Below, piece by piece: positions 45,591-55,570 of a DNA stretch of 64,000 nucleotides. Location of the stretch: positions 2,206-66,205 of the forward strand of contig DATKOD010000003.1 in NCBI GenBank assembly GCA_035524755.1. Direction: 5' to 3'. Source of the DNA: Minisyncoccota bacterium. GTDB taxonomy: Bacteria; Patescibacteriota; Minisyncoccia; 2-02-FULL-40-12; GWA2-44-9. Both the position numbers and the translations under genes were made by a program. Each line of letters begins with the position of its first letter. The stretch's first letter is position 1. The notes under the pieces were generated by a model. The model had not been told where the DNA came from and did no database searches. It was given only the letters and a program-made list of their open reading frames with translations.

Positions 45591-47144
45591 ATGAAGCGTA
45601 ACGAATTGCTGGTCTTGCTGTTGATCCTTGCGATCGCAAGTTGGTTCCGGCTCGCCGGTCTTCACGACACGCCGCCCGGGCTCTACCCGGACGAAGCCAT
45701 GGTCGGCAACGAGGCTATCAATGCGTGGAACACGAAGACGTTCTCCGTCTTCTACCCGTACAACAACGGAGAAGAAGGCCTGTACGCCGATATCGCATCG
45801 ATCCCAATCCACTTTCTCGGCAATACGGCCTTTTCGCTCCGGCTCGTGTCAGCCATCGCAGGCATCCTGACGGTCCTTGGCGTCTATCTTCTGGCGCGGC
45901 GGATGTTCGACTCGTGGGAGCTCGCCGCGATGGCCGCATTTTTCTTGGCGACCGGTTTTTGGCATGTGAATTTCTCACGTATCGGGTTCCGCGCCATTCT
46001 GGCACCGATGTTCGCCGTATGGGGATTCTATGAACTCTATAAGGGCCTGGAGACCAACCGGATATGGCATTGGGTGTTGGCGGGTGTCTCGTTCGGTTTG
46101 GGCATGTACACCTACATCGCGTTCCGCGTGATGCCGTTGGCCATCCTCTTGGTGTTGGGGGCATACTGGCTTGCCCTCAGTGCGGCGTTCTCGCACGGAA
46201 AGTTCGCCTTCGTCCGACATCAGCTTGCCGGCGGTGTGGCGGCGATGATCGGTGTCGGGATCCTGGTCTGTCTGCCGATCGCCGCATATTTCGTCGGTCA
46301 TCCGGCTGACTTCGTCGGACGCACATCGCAGATTTCCGTATTCAGCACGTCCAATCCCGTGATGACCGTCGCCGTCAATACGGTGAAGACGCTCGGCATG
46401 TTCTTCCTGGCTGGTGATTCCAACTGGCGTCATAACATCTCTGGCGCGCCTATCCTGTTCTGGCCGGTCGCCGCGCTCTTCGCCGCGGGTCTCGTGCACA
46501 CGCTTTGGCGGTTCTATGATTCGTGGCGTAAGCGGGGACATCCTGGCGTGGTACAGACACTTCTCCTGTCGTGGTTCCTCATCGGCCTTATCCCTGAAAT
46601 CTTCTCCAATGAGGGGATCCCCCATGCGTTGCGTTCCATCATTGACGCTCCCGTGGTCGCCATCATTTCTGCCGTCGGGCTGCACTGGCTGACCGTGTGG
46701 CTACGGAAATGGTATGCCATGCGTGACACGCACAAGATTTGTCTGCCCGGCCCCCGCGGCCACCGCTGGTGTGTCGGTGAGGGTTCGTTGGTCGTCGGCA
46801 TCTCCGTCATCTCGCTGTTGTTCGCAATCGGTGTCGCCGAAGCGAACCGCTATTTCGTGACGTGGGCGCAGGATCCGAACGTGCCGGGTGCATTCAACGA
46901 GAACTACGCGGACATCGCACGCCACATCAACAGTCTGCCCCCCGCAACACTGAAATACGTCATCGTCAATGCCGGTGGAGTGCTCGTCAATGGCATCCCG
47001 ATGCCCGCACAGACCGTCATGTACCTGACGGATACGTGGACTCCCGCGGATCAGGCGGCACATCACGTGGTCTATCTCCTGCCCGAACAGGTCGCGTCCA
47101 CACGCATCCCCCGTGGCGCTGCCGTGTTTTCCATCGATCCATAG
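45591..47144 (+). CDS. GT-C (ArnT/PMT, GT39/83-like) glycosyltransferase
   Basis: PPGLYPDEA, FSLRL, WHVNFSRIGFR; multi-TM. Confidence 0.85.
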   Translation: MKRNELLVLLLILAIASWFRLAGLHDTPPGLYPDEAMVGNEAINAWNTKTFSVFYPYNNGEEGLYADIASIPIHFLGNTAFSLRLVSAIAGILTVLGVYLLARRMFDSWELAAMAAFFLATGFWHVNFSRIGFRAILAPMFAVWGFYELYKGLETNRIWHWVLAGVSFGLGMYTYIAFRVMPLAILLVLGAYWLALSAAFSHGKFAFVRHQLAGGVAAMIGVGILVCLPIAAYFVGHPADFVGRTSQISVFSTSNPVMTVAVNTVKTLGMFFLAGDSNWRHNISGAPILFWPVAALFAAGLVHTLWRFYDSWRKRGHPGVVQTLLLSWFLIGLIPEIFSNEGIPHALRSIIDAPVVAIISAVGLHWLTVWLRKWYAMRDTHKICLPGPRGHRWCVGEGSLVVGISVISLLFAIGVAEANRYFVTWAQDPNVPGAFNENYADIARHINSLPPATLKYVIVNAGGVLVNGIPMPAQTVMYLTDTWTPADQAAHHVVYLLPEQVASTRIPRGAAVFSIDP

Positions 47145-47147
47145 CCC

Positions 47148-48932
47148 ATGCGAAAATTCCTGACGCCTGCCGCAGCTGCGCTCTGTATCGTCATCGTCGC
47201 CACCGTACTGGCGATCCTGTCATCACGGGATGATGCACCCATCGTCGACGAGGTCCCGCACATCGGCGCCGGATATTCGTACGTGAGTCAGTTGGACTAC
47301 CGGCTCAATCCTGAACACCCGCCGTTGGTCAAGGACATCGCCGGATTTTCGGTCTCATTGTTGCACGTACCCGCATCAGTGTTCATGACGACGATGTGGA
47401 TGAACGATGTGAACGGGCAGTGGGAATTCGGCCGCAATCTCATTTTCCATTCCGGTTTGAATGCCGACGCCGTCAAGACGTTCGCGCGCACACCGGAAAT
47501 GATCTTCTTCCTGGTCGCATGCTGGATCGTGTGGCGGTGGATGTCGGAACGTTACAGCAAGGGTACGGCACTCCTGGCGGTCACGTTGTTGGCGTTCTCG
47601 CCGACCGTGTTGGCACATGCGCGCCTGGTGACCACCGATATGGCTGCGGCGACCGGTGCGGTCCTGGCGACGTATTTCTTCGTGCGGTTCCTCCGTCGTC
47701 CCGGCGCCTGGCCGTTCGTCTGGTCCACATTGACATTAGGCATCGCGCTGGTATGTAAATTCAACGATGCGCTTTTGGGACCGTTTTTCCTGCTTGTCGC
47801 GTTCCTCTGGGGACTGGACGGTCACATCGGTTCCTCACGCGCGTGGAAGAACGCAGCGCGTATGGTCGGGTATGCTGTCGCGATCGGCGCCGCATCGTTC
47901 ATTCTCTTCGTCTGGCCGCTGTACATCGTCCAGACGCTCCATGAGCCGATCGCGAAACAGCACGCCGATACCATCGCCATCCTCGGCGCGCATCCGACCG
48001 GCATCCTGCAGAAAGCCGTCGTCTGGGCGTCCGATAAACCCATCATCCGTGCCGCGGGCCACTGGGGTCTAGGACTATCGATGGTCGCTCAGCGCGAATC
48101 GGGCGGCAACACCATCTATTGGATGGGTCGAGTGGTCACCAGCGGCGGAGTCTGGTACTTCCCCATCATCTATCTCCTCAAAGAGCCGATCGCCTGGTGG
48201 ATTTTGATGGCATTTGCCGTCACTGCGTTTGCCTTCCATAGACGCCGCCACGCCGGCGAACCGAAGAACGGCACCTGGTGGGCACGGAATGCCGACGAAT
48301 GGGTGTGGGTTCTGTGGCTCATCATCTATTGGGCGGTATCCATGCAGAGCACGCTGAACATCGGCATCCGGCATCTATTGCCGGTCTATCCGTTCACCAT
48401 CATGCTGGTCGCCGGGCGCATCGGTGTCATGAATGACTGGCTGCGCCGTCACAACCCGGACATGGTCAAGCTGTTCACCGTCACTATCGGGCTGTTGGTC
48501 GGCTGGTATGTCTTCGAATCCGTGAGTGTGTATCCGTTCTACCTGACGTATTTCAACCAGATCGCCGGCGGACCGTCGGGTGGCTACCGGTATGTGACGG
48601 ATTCGAACCTGGACTGGGGGCAAGACATCAAACGCCTTGGTATCTACGTGGACGATAACCGTATCCGCGCAGTATCGCTGGACTATTTCGGATGGTCGGA
48701 CCCCTCCTACTATCTGGGATCTAAGTATGTTTGGACGACCGGTTCGGATTGGAAAGATGCGAAGGATTTCATCCGGCGGAACCGCTCCGACGGTTGGATC
48801 GCCGTGTCCGCGACATTCTTCCAGGAATCCGTCTTCCGTGCCGACGGCCAGGGCGCGTACCGATGGCTTTTGGATTACACGCCCGTCACCGTCATCGGCC
48901 ATTCCATCTTCGTCTGGCATATCACGAAGTAA
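47148..48932 (+). CDS. GT-C (ArnT/PMT, GT39/83-like) glycosyltransferase
   Basis: VDEVPH, NPEHPPLVK, VTTD, IGIRHLLP, DSNLDWGQD. Confidence 0.85.
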   Translation: MRKFLTPAAAALCIVIVATVLAILSSRDDAPIVDEVPHIGAGYSYVSQLDYRLNPEHPPLVKDIAGFSVSLLHVPASVFMTTMWMNDVNGQWEFGRNLIFHSGLNADAVKTFARTPEMIFFLVACWIVWRWMSERYSKGTALLAVTLLAFSPTVLAHARLVTTDMAAATGAVLATYFFVRFLRRPGAWPFVWSTLTLGIALVCKFNDALLGPFFLLVAFLWGLDGHIGSSRAWKNAARMVGYAVAIGAASFILFVWPLYIVQTLHEPIAKQHADTIAILGAHPTGILQKAVVWASDKPIIRAAGHWGLGLSMVAQRESGGNTIYWMGRVVTSGGVWYFPIIYLLKEPIAWWILMAFAVTAFAFHRRRHAGEPKNGTWWARNADEWVWVLWLIIYWAVSMQSTLNIGIRHLLPVYPFTIMLVAGRIGVMNDWLRRHNPDMVKLFTVTIGLLVGWYVFESVSVYPFYLTYFNQIAGGPSGGYRYVTDSNLDWGQDIKRLGIYVDDNRIRAVSLDYFGWSDPSYYLGSKYVWTTGSDWKDAKDFIRRNRSDGWIAVSATFFQESVFRADGQGAYRWLLDYTPVTVIGHSIFVWHITK

Positions 48933-48937
48933 CCACG

Positions 48938-48965
48938 CAAAAGCGCCCCGCGAGGGGCGCTTTTG
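48938..48965. terminator. Bidirectional terminator
   Basis: CAAAAGCGCCCC-GCGA-GGGGCGCTTTTG. Confidence 0.85.
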
Positions 48966-49146
48966 TTCTGAGTTCCGGGAAAAGCCAACCATCACTGCAA
49001 ACTGTCTCGAGAGGGTCAATCTGCTGAGCTGCGAACGGCCGATAAGTGTTATTTTATGCCTGCAAACTGCGGATGAACTTGGCTTTTCCCGAACCTCGGA
49101 GGTGATGAGGTCCGGTGTTGGAATGAACATAGGGACGAACCCTATG
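48938..49146 (-). ncRNA. Candidate ~200-nt structured small RNA, possibly 6S-like
   Basis: It lies between a consensus promoter and a terminator with no credible ORF. It has a 5' hairpin CATAGGG/CCCTATG and a 12-bp long-range stem (48977-48988 with 49079-49090). Confidence 0.6.
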
Positions 49147-49151
49147 GTGTA

Positions 49152-49180
49152 AGTATATCAAATTGCCTCTAAAAAGTCAA
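49152..49180 (-). promoter_or_regulatory. Strong sigma70-type promoter
   Basis: TTGACT (49180-49175), 17-bp spacer ending TGA, TATACT (49157-49152). Confidence 0.8.
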
Positions 49181-49186
49181 TACCCC

Positions 49187-49948
49187 CTACTTGTAGTACA
49201 CCCTGCCGGGGGTGCGGAGATCGATATATGCCGGCTTGAACGAAGGATCATGGGCGTGGTCTCCCAAGAATACCGCGAGCGTTGAAAGCTGATCAGGAAC
49301 GTCACCGAGCGCGTCCATATAGACGTCGAAGCTCGCGGTCGTCGTTACCCGTAGACCGCCCGGTTCGGCGTCGGGCAACGTCACGATACGCGCTTCCATG
49401 CCGTCAGCCGCTAGGCCGTCGATCGCCGCCATCAGTCCGGACATGAACTCAGGACTCACCGAATCATCACTACGCTGATCGTTCACCTCCACCAAAAGCG
49501 CCCCGACCGACGGAATGGTTTCGCCCCAGCGGATACCGTCACGATCCCATAATTGACACGCATCGCCACGGCACCAGATACCGATCGGCGTGCGCTCCAC
49601 CGCTGAGACGGTGATCCCGCGAGGATATCGCTTCACGACGCTCACATCGCGAAGCGACGGAAATGCATGCGTCACCGCCGCTGTGAGTGCCGCGATATGC
49701 ACCAGAAGAATGTTGCGGCCAATCTGGTCCGCCAACATCACACGGACCGCGTCAGACTCCGACCCCGCATTGACCGAAATATCACGGACTTTCAATAACG
49801 ACGACCACATGAGCACCCAAGCGAGCGCCCCTATAGGCACCACAAACACGAAGAATCGAAGGAGAATGCGCCACCGTGAATGACGTTGCCGCGGATGACC
49901 GACGACATCATTGAACCGCCCGCTCCGGATACGCGAGGCTCCGTTCAC
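49187..49948 (-). CDS. ftsQ: FtsQ/DivIB-like cell division protein
   Basis: Basic N-terminus, one TM, POTRA (VVKRYPRGITVSAVER), ends YIDLRTPGRVYYK. Confidence 0.78.
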   Translation of the reverse strand: MNGASRIRSGRFNDVVGHPRQRHSRWRILLRFFVFVVPIGALAWVLMWSSLLKVRDISVNAGSESDAVRVMLADQIGRNILLVHIAALTAAVTHAFPSLRDVSVVKRYPRGITVSAVERTPIGIWCRGDACQLWDRDGIRWGETIPSVGALLVEVNDQRSDDSVSPEFMSGLMAAIDGLAADGMEARIVTLPDAEPGGLRVTTTASFDVYMDALGDVPDQLSTLAVFLGDHAHDPSFKPAYIDLRTPGRVYYK

Positions 49949-51264
49949 TCGATGACGTCCCGCCCGCCACAGTACGAGCGGAGCGCCTCGGGCACGCGGA
50001 CGCTGCCGTCCTCATTCTGGAACTGTTCGAGTATCGCGATGATGGGCCGCTGGCTGAACGCGGTCCCGTTGAGCATATGGACCAGTTCGGGCTTGCCTTC
50101 GCCCGTCCGGAACCGGGTCTTGAGGGCGCGCGATTGATAGTCCGTGGTGTTGCTCGATGAATGCGTCTCACGATATTCGTTCTGACCGGGCATCCATGTC
50201 TCAATGTCGTACGTGGAGGCGGACGCCTGGCCCATGTCACCGGTCGACAGGCGCACGACCCGGTAGTGCAGCCCCAATCCCTGCATCAGCGCTTCCTCGA
50301 CGGCGAGGATGAGACGATGCTCGTCGCGCGACGCGCCCGGCTCGCAGACCGTGAACATTTCGAGTTTATCGAACTGATGCACCCGCAGGATGCCGCGCGT
50401 GTCTTTGCCGGCGGCGCCGGACTCGCGACGGAAACAGGTGGAGAACGAGATGTAGCGCAATGGCAGGTCCGCCGCATCGTAGATGTGGTCGTAATGCATC
50501 GGCCCGATGGATTGTTCCGACGTGCCCACCAGGTACAAGTCATCCTTGGGCAGGTAGTACATCTCGTCGTTGCCGGGTTCGATGCCCGCGCGCTCGGCGA
50601 ATCCCATCGCACGCATCATCTCGGGCCGGATGAGCACCGGCGGGATGACCGGCATGAACGTCTTGGCCGTCAATGGGAGCCCATGCTGATGGATGAGCCC
50701 GTCGATGAACGATTCGTCCGTCACCTTGCTGACCGCGTACTGCACTAGCGCGAATTCAAGGAGTGCGGCACCGCCCTTCAGATAACCGAACCGGGTCCCC
50801 GATACGGTCGCGGCGGATTCGGTGTCGATGATGCCCAGCGCCGTCGCGATATCCATGTAGTGCTTCGGAGTGAACGGGAACTCGGGCTTGGTCCCCCACT
50901 CGTGGTCGACGACGTTCGCGGTCGCATCGGCACCCACCGGCACATCGTCCAGCGGGATGTTGGGCAGAGTCTTGATGACGCCTTCGAACAAGCGCTCGCG
51001 AAGCGTCTCCTCGGACTTCTCCAGCTCGGCCACCCTCTCCTTGAGCTCCTTCAGTGACGCGAGCAACGCGGCATCGGGCTTTCCCTCGATCTTCCCGGCG
51101 GCGTTCTGCTCTGCGCGCGCCTGTTCGAGCTGAGTGAGCGCGGTGCGGTACTCTTGGTCGCACGCAAGGATGAAATCGATGTCGCCGTCCACCGAGAGGC
51201 CGCGGGCCTTCATTGCCTTCTTCACCCGATCGGGTTCGGTCCTGATGAGATTGATGTCGAGCAT
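49945..51264 (-). CDS. serS: Seryl-tRNA synthetase
   Basis: MLDINLIR, LPNIP, GTSEQ, FRRESG, RVHQF, NGTA. Confidence 0.97.
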   Translation of the reverse strand: MLDINLIRTEPDRVKKAMKARGLSVDGDIDFILACDQEYRTALTQLEQARAEQNAAGKIEGKPDAALLASLKELKERVAELEKSEETLRERLFEGVIKTLPNIPLDDVPVGADATANVVDHEWGTKPEFPFTPKHYMDIATALGIIDTESAATVSGTRFGYLKGGAALLEFALVQYAVSKVTDESFIDGLIHQHGLPLTAKTFMPVIPPVLIRPEMMRAMGFAERAGIEPGNDEMYYLPKDDLYLVGTSEQSIGPMHYDHIYDAADLPLRYISFSTCFRRESGAAGKDTRGILRVHQFDKLEMFTVCEPGASRDEHRLILAVEEALMQGLGLHYRVVRLSTGDMGQASASTYDIETWMPGQNEYRETHSSSNTTDYQSRALKTRFRTGEGKPELVHMLNGTAFSQRPIIAILEQFQNEDGSVRVPEALRSYCGGRDVIE

Positions 51265-51265
51265 G

Positions 51266-52729
51266 TCAGGTGCGCGGTTTCATGAGCGGGAACAGCAGGA
51301 TGTCGCGCAGCGAATGTGAGTCGGTGAACAGCGCGCAGAGACGGTCCATGCCGATGCCGAGGCCGGCCGCGGGCGGCATGCCGTACTCCATCGTTTCGAT
51401 GTAGTCGGCATCGACGCGATGCGCTTCCTCGTCGCCCTTCTCCCGTTGTTTGGATTGCTCATTGAACCGTTCAGCCTGATCCAGCGGGTCATTGAGCTCG
51501 GCGAACGCGTTGATCAGTTCGAAACCGCCTATGATGAGCTGGAACCGCGCGACGGTCTGCGAACCGGGCGACACGCGTTTGGACAGCGGCGAAAGCTCCA
51601 GTGGATGTCCGACGACGAACACCGGTTCCATCATCTTCGCACGGAGCGTCTTCTTGTATATCTCGTCAGCGAGGTTCGCTTTCGTCATCGCCTTGTCGAC
51701 GACGATGTTCAGCTCCTTGGCTTTGGCGGCGAACTCCTTGACGCTCGCAGCATCGTAGTCCAATCCCGATGACTTCTCTACTAATTCTCCGAAGGTCATC
51801 CGCTTGAACGGTTTCGACAGTGTGATGTTCGTACCCTGGTAGGTGAACGACGGCTTCCCGAACACCTCGGTCGCCATCCAGATGAGAAAGTCTTCAGTGA
51901 ACGCCATGAGCCACTCATGGTCCTGGTAGGCCGCGTATGCCTCGAGCATCGTGAACTCCGGGTTGTGCTCCCGGTCCATGCCCTCGTTGCGGAAATTCTT
52001 CCCAAGCTCAAAAACCCGCTCCATGCCGCCGACCAAGAGACGCTTCAGGTACAGTTCCGGGGCGACGCGCAAAAAGAGTTCCAGGTCCAACGTGTTCAGA
52101 TGCGTCGCGAACGGGTGTGCCGTGGCACCGCCGGGGATCAGCTGCAAAATCGGTGTTTCCACCTCCAGATATCCGTGCTCACTGAAGAACCGACGGGCAA
52201 GGTCCAGGATCCTGAATCGCGTCACGAACGCCTTTTTCACCTCGGCATTGAATAACAGGTCCAGTGGCCGGGATCGGTAACGTTCCTCGACATCCACCAG
52301 TCCGTGCCATTTCTCCGGCAGCGGCCGGATGGCCTTGGCAAGCATGCGCCACCCGGTGACCTCGACGGTCTTTTCGCCGCGCTTGGTCGTGAACAGGGCG
52401 CCGTCGAGTTCGATGAAATCACCGATGTCAGCGGCATCGACGAACAACCGGTACTGGTCGTTCTTCAGCGCGTCTTCCTTTAGGAGCGCCTGGATGACGC
52501 CGGAACCGTCGTCGATGTCCAAAAACGTGATGCCGCCGTGCGTACGCATCGCCATGACGCGGCCGGCGATGACCACCGGCGCGTGGGATTGTGCGAGCGC
52601 ATCGAACTGCTCCAACGCCTCGGTGACGCGGTGCGTCCGCCGACTGGTCGTCGGATACGGGTCGATCCCGGCATCGCGGAGCCGTTTGAGCTTCTCGATG
52701 CGGACATTGCGAAAATCATCCAGCGGCAT
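51266..52729 (-). CDS. lysS: Lysyl-tRNA synthetase (class II)
   Basis: LPEKWHGL, EVETP, GGATAHPF, RNEG, HNPEFTMLE, YGMPP, GIGMDR. Confidence 0.97.
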   Translation of the reverse strand: MPLDDFRNVRIEKLKRLRDAGIDPYPTTSRRTHRVTEALEQFDALAQSHAPVVIAGRVMAMRTHGGITFLDIDDGSGVIQALLKEDALKNDQYRLFVDAADIGDFIELDGALFTTKRGEKTVEVTGWRMLAKAIRPLPEKWHGLVDVEERYRSRPLDLLFNAEVKKAFVTRFRILDLARRFFSEHGYLEVETPILQLIPGGATAHPFATHLNTLDLELFLRVAPELYLKRLLVGGMERVFELGKNFRNEGMDREHNPEFTMLEAYAAYQDHEWLMAFTEDFLIWMATEVFGKPSFTYQGTNITLSKPFKRMTFGELVEKSSGLDYDAASVKEFAAKAKELNIVVDKAMTKANLADEIYKKTLRAKMMEPVFVVGHPLELSPLSKRVSPGSQTVARFQLIIGGFELINAFAELNDPLDQAERFNEQSKQREKGDEEAHRVDADYIETMEYGMPPAAGLGIGMDRLCALFTDSHSLRDILLFPLMKPRT

Positions 52730-52752
52730 ATCCCGCTCAGTATACCGCTTTT

Positions 52753-53214
52753 CTACTTGACTTCCAGTATCTTATAATCCACCGGGCCTTTGGGCGTCGC
52801 GACGGAGACCTTGTCGCCCTTTTTGCGTCCCAAAAAGGCAGCACCGAGCGGAGATTCGTTGGAGATGCGGCCGTTGGACGGGTCAGCCTCAGCGGCGCCG
52901 ACGATGACGAAATCGCGGCTGTCGCCGTTCGCGGCGACCCGGATGACCGAACCGACGGTCACGGTGCCGCCCCGGGCGCTGGAACTCTCGATGACGATCG
53001 CATTGTCGAGCATCGACTTGAGCTCTTCGATGCGACCCTCGTTCATCGACTGCGCTTCCTTGGCATCCATGTACTCCTGGTTTTCCGACAGGTCACCCTG
53101 GTCCTTGGCTTCTTTGATGCGCGCGGCGATATCCCCGCGCGTGGTGTTCGTGCGAAGTTCGTACTCCTCCCGAAGCTTTTCCAGTCCTTCTTTGCTGAGG
53201 TATTGGCTCGTCAT
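52753..53214 (-). CDS. greA: Transcription elongation factor GreA
   Basis: GDLSENQEY, ISNESPLG. Confidence 0.96.
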   Translation of the reverse strand: MTSQYLSKEGLEKLREEYELRTNTTRGDIAARIKEAKDQGDLSENQEYMDAKEAQSMNEGRIEELKSMLDNAIVIESSSARGGTVTVGSVIRVAANGDSRDFVIVGAAEADPSNGRISNESPLGAAFLGRKKGDKVSVATPKGPVDYKILEVK

Positions 53215-55127
53215 ATATGACTATTGGCGGGTAGTGTAGCACGGGTGAAATACCACTGCAAGAAGGTATTGGTCGCTCGGAGCGCATAGCCCTGGTTGGA
53301 GGCGGACCCCTCAATGAGCACGGTAATGGCGATCTGCGGGTTGTCTGACGGCGCGAAGGCGGTGACCAGAGAGTTGATGCGGGCACCCTTGATGACTTCG
53401 GCGGTACCCGTCTTTGCGGAGACCGGGACCGGGACATCCTTGAACAGTGACGCGGTGCCGCTGGTGACGGTCCCCCGCATCGCATCCTGCATCGTGCTGA
53501 TGACCGAGGCAGAGAACGGCAGGGTTCCCAGTGATATGGCGGGGTAGACGGTGATCGGCTGCCGGGCATCATCGACCGTCCGCGCGGCAACGTGCGGCTT
53601 CCAAATGGTGCCGCCGTTCGCGATGGCCGATACGTACGTGTTGATCCATAACGGCGTCACGGAAAGGTCTCCCTGACCGATGGAGATATTATACGTGTCG
53701 CCCTGGTACCATGCCTCTTGCTTGGTCTGCCACTTCCAGTCCGGCGTCGGCACGAAGCCCGGTTCTTCGCCGGGCAGATCGATACCCAGGCGTTGGTCTG
53801 CGAACCCGGCTTTGAGCGCCGCCGCGATCCGGTCGACTCCCAATCCCGTGAATGATCCGTGTCCCCCGCCGACCGTCATGAAATAGACGTTGCACGAGTT
53901 CGCGATGGCACGGAACAGGTCGAACGGTCCCGTGTCGGCGCGCCAATTATCGTACACGTACGGGTGCGCGGGATCCTGCGGGTTGGGAACCGAGAGACTG
54001 ATGCAATCATTGACGACCGTTTGGTGCGGGGTTATCAGTCCGTCTTGCAGTGCGGTCATGCCGATGTAGGGCTTGATCGTCGACCCGGGGTTGTACAATC
54101 CGGAGATGGCACGGTCAAAGAGCGGACGCGACCTGTCATTGAACAATGCGTCAACCTGTGTCTGTGACAACGTCCCCGAGAACGCGTTATCGTCGTATGT
54201 CGGGAAGCTCACCATCCCCAGCACGGCGCCCGAGCGCACATCCTGTACGATCGCAGCCCCCTGCGTCAGACCTGTCTCATGGAGGATTGACGACAGTGAT
54301 GCGAACAGCTGCTTCTGGATGTCAGCATCGACGGTCAGCACGAGATTCTGCCCCGCCGTCGCCGGTTGCTGATCGGGTGTGTCCCCCGACATGAATGAGA
54401 CCTGGCCATGGGTCCCGCGGAGAACGGTTTCATATGATGCTTCGACACCCAGACGTCCGATGGTATCGGATGGTACGTAATACTGATCGGCAGCCATGTC
54501 GTTCTTGTTCACCTTGCCGACGTACCCGAGGATCTGCGAGAATTGCTCACTGTCCGTATAGTCACGCTTCGTCGACGTGATGATGGAAAATCCCGGAGGC
54601 AGATTGTTGGTCAGTGCCAGCACCTCGTCGCGGGGAAGGTCGGTCGCAACGAAGAACACCGCACTGGAACGAAGCTGATCATTGATCTGGAGCGTGAGCT
54701 CCTCCGGATCACGGCCCAGCGCATGAGCAAGCGGCACGATATCCGGCAAAGTACCGTCAGGGGCGCGGCGGAGCTGCCGACCGACCACGAGCAGGTCGAA
54801 GCTTGGCACGTTCGTTACGAGCGGGGTCCCGTTCCGGTCCATGATGATGCCGCGCGGCGGCGGGACTGATATGTCCACCGTACGGTTCCGCCAAGCGATG
54901 CCCGCGAACGTATCGTGTTGCAGGACCGCCAGCCAGACGGCGGCACCGACAAGAATCAGACTGCCAAGCGACAGGAGGATGGTCCCGAACCGCCAGATGG
55001 AGTCATCCACCGGTAACTCAAGGTCGGCGAAATGGCTGGCAGCATCGACCAGCGTCTCTTCCGGCGCGACCCATTCATCTCCCCGTTCAGGGTCTACACC
55101 GTAGGTAGGTTTTCTGTTCCACGCCAT
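53211..55127 (-). CDS. mrdA: Penicillin-binding protein 2
   Basis: RGIIMDRNG, PGSTIK (SxxK), SCN, KTGTAE; located in the mre cluster. Start is uncertain. Confidence 0.92.
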   Translation of the reverse strand: MAWNRKPTYGVDPERGDEWVAPEETLVDAASHFADLELPVDDSIWRFGTILLSLGSLILVGAAVWLAVLQHDTFAGIAWRNRTVDISVPPPRGIIMDRNGTPLVTNVPSFDLLVVGRQLRRAPDGTLPDIVPLAHALGRDPEELTLQINDQLRSSAVFFVATDLPRDEVLALTNNLPPGFSIITSTKRDYTDSEQFSQILGYVGKVNKNDMAADQYYVPSDTIGRLGVEASYETVLRGTHGQVSFMSGDTPDQQPATAGQNLVLTVDADIQKQLFASLSSILHETGLTQGAAIVQDVRSGAVLGMVSFPTYDDNAFSGTLSQTQVDALFNDRSRPLFDRAISGLYNPGSTIKPYIGMTALQDGLITPHQTVVNDCISLSVPNPQDPAHPYVYDNWRADTGPFDLFRAIANSCNVYFMTVGGGHGSFTGLGVDRIAAALKAGFADQRLGIDLPGEEPGFVPTPDWKWQTKQEAWYQGDTYNISIGQGDLSVTPLWINTYVSAIANGGTIWKPHVAARTVDDARQPITVYPAISLGTLPFSASVISTMQDAMRGTVTSGTASLFKDVPVPVSAKTGTAEVIKGARINSLVTAFAPSDNPQIAITVLIEGSASNQGYALRATNTFLQWYFTRATLPANSHI

Positions 55128-55570
55128 GAATGCATGCATACGGCCAATGTCGCTGCGCACACCGACGGTACGAGCCACCACGAAACGGCGGGCAGCGCGA
55201 GCGACAATCGTGTCAGGAACATCCCGCGCCCATACAGCCCCGACATGAGCGCAACGGATATGCCGATCATCATAAACGACATCACAGAGGCTGCAATCGC
55301 CGACCGGACGAGCCCCTGCGAGATACTGACGAACCGGTCAGCGAACAGCATCAGTCCTGCAACGAGCGCGAACGAGAATGACAGGACACCGAACATCCGG
55401 CCGGTTACCAGTTCCAGAACGACCAGCGTGACGGTGATACCGATGCCGGTCGCCGTGTCACGCGGACGCTCGATGAAGAGCGCGCATGCGATCGCAGGAA
55501 CACAGAATGCCGGCAACAACGGGACGACGAGCGAGAGGATGCCGATGAGCGCGACGAGGAACCGGTTCAT
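55094..55570 (-). CDS. mreD: MreD-like membrane protein
   Basis: Hydrophobic 158-aa protein between mreC and mrdA; assigned mainly by synteny. Confidence 0.6.
   Translation of the reverse strand: MNRFLVALIGILSLVVPLLPAFCVPAIACALFIERPRDTATGIGITVTLVVLELVTGRMFGVLSFSFALVAGLMLFADRFVSISQGLVRSAIAASVMSFMMIGISVALMSGLYGRGMFLTRLSLALPAVSWWLVPSVCAATLAVCMHSWRGTENLPTV

Noticed and set aside
48375-49130. 251-aa minus-strand ORF starting inside the candidate RNA
   Set aside because: It runs through a terminator and antisense into the glycosyltransferase, and its composition is not protein-like.
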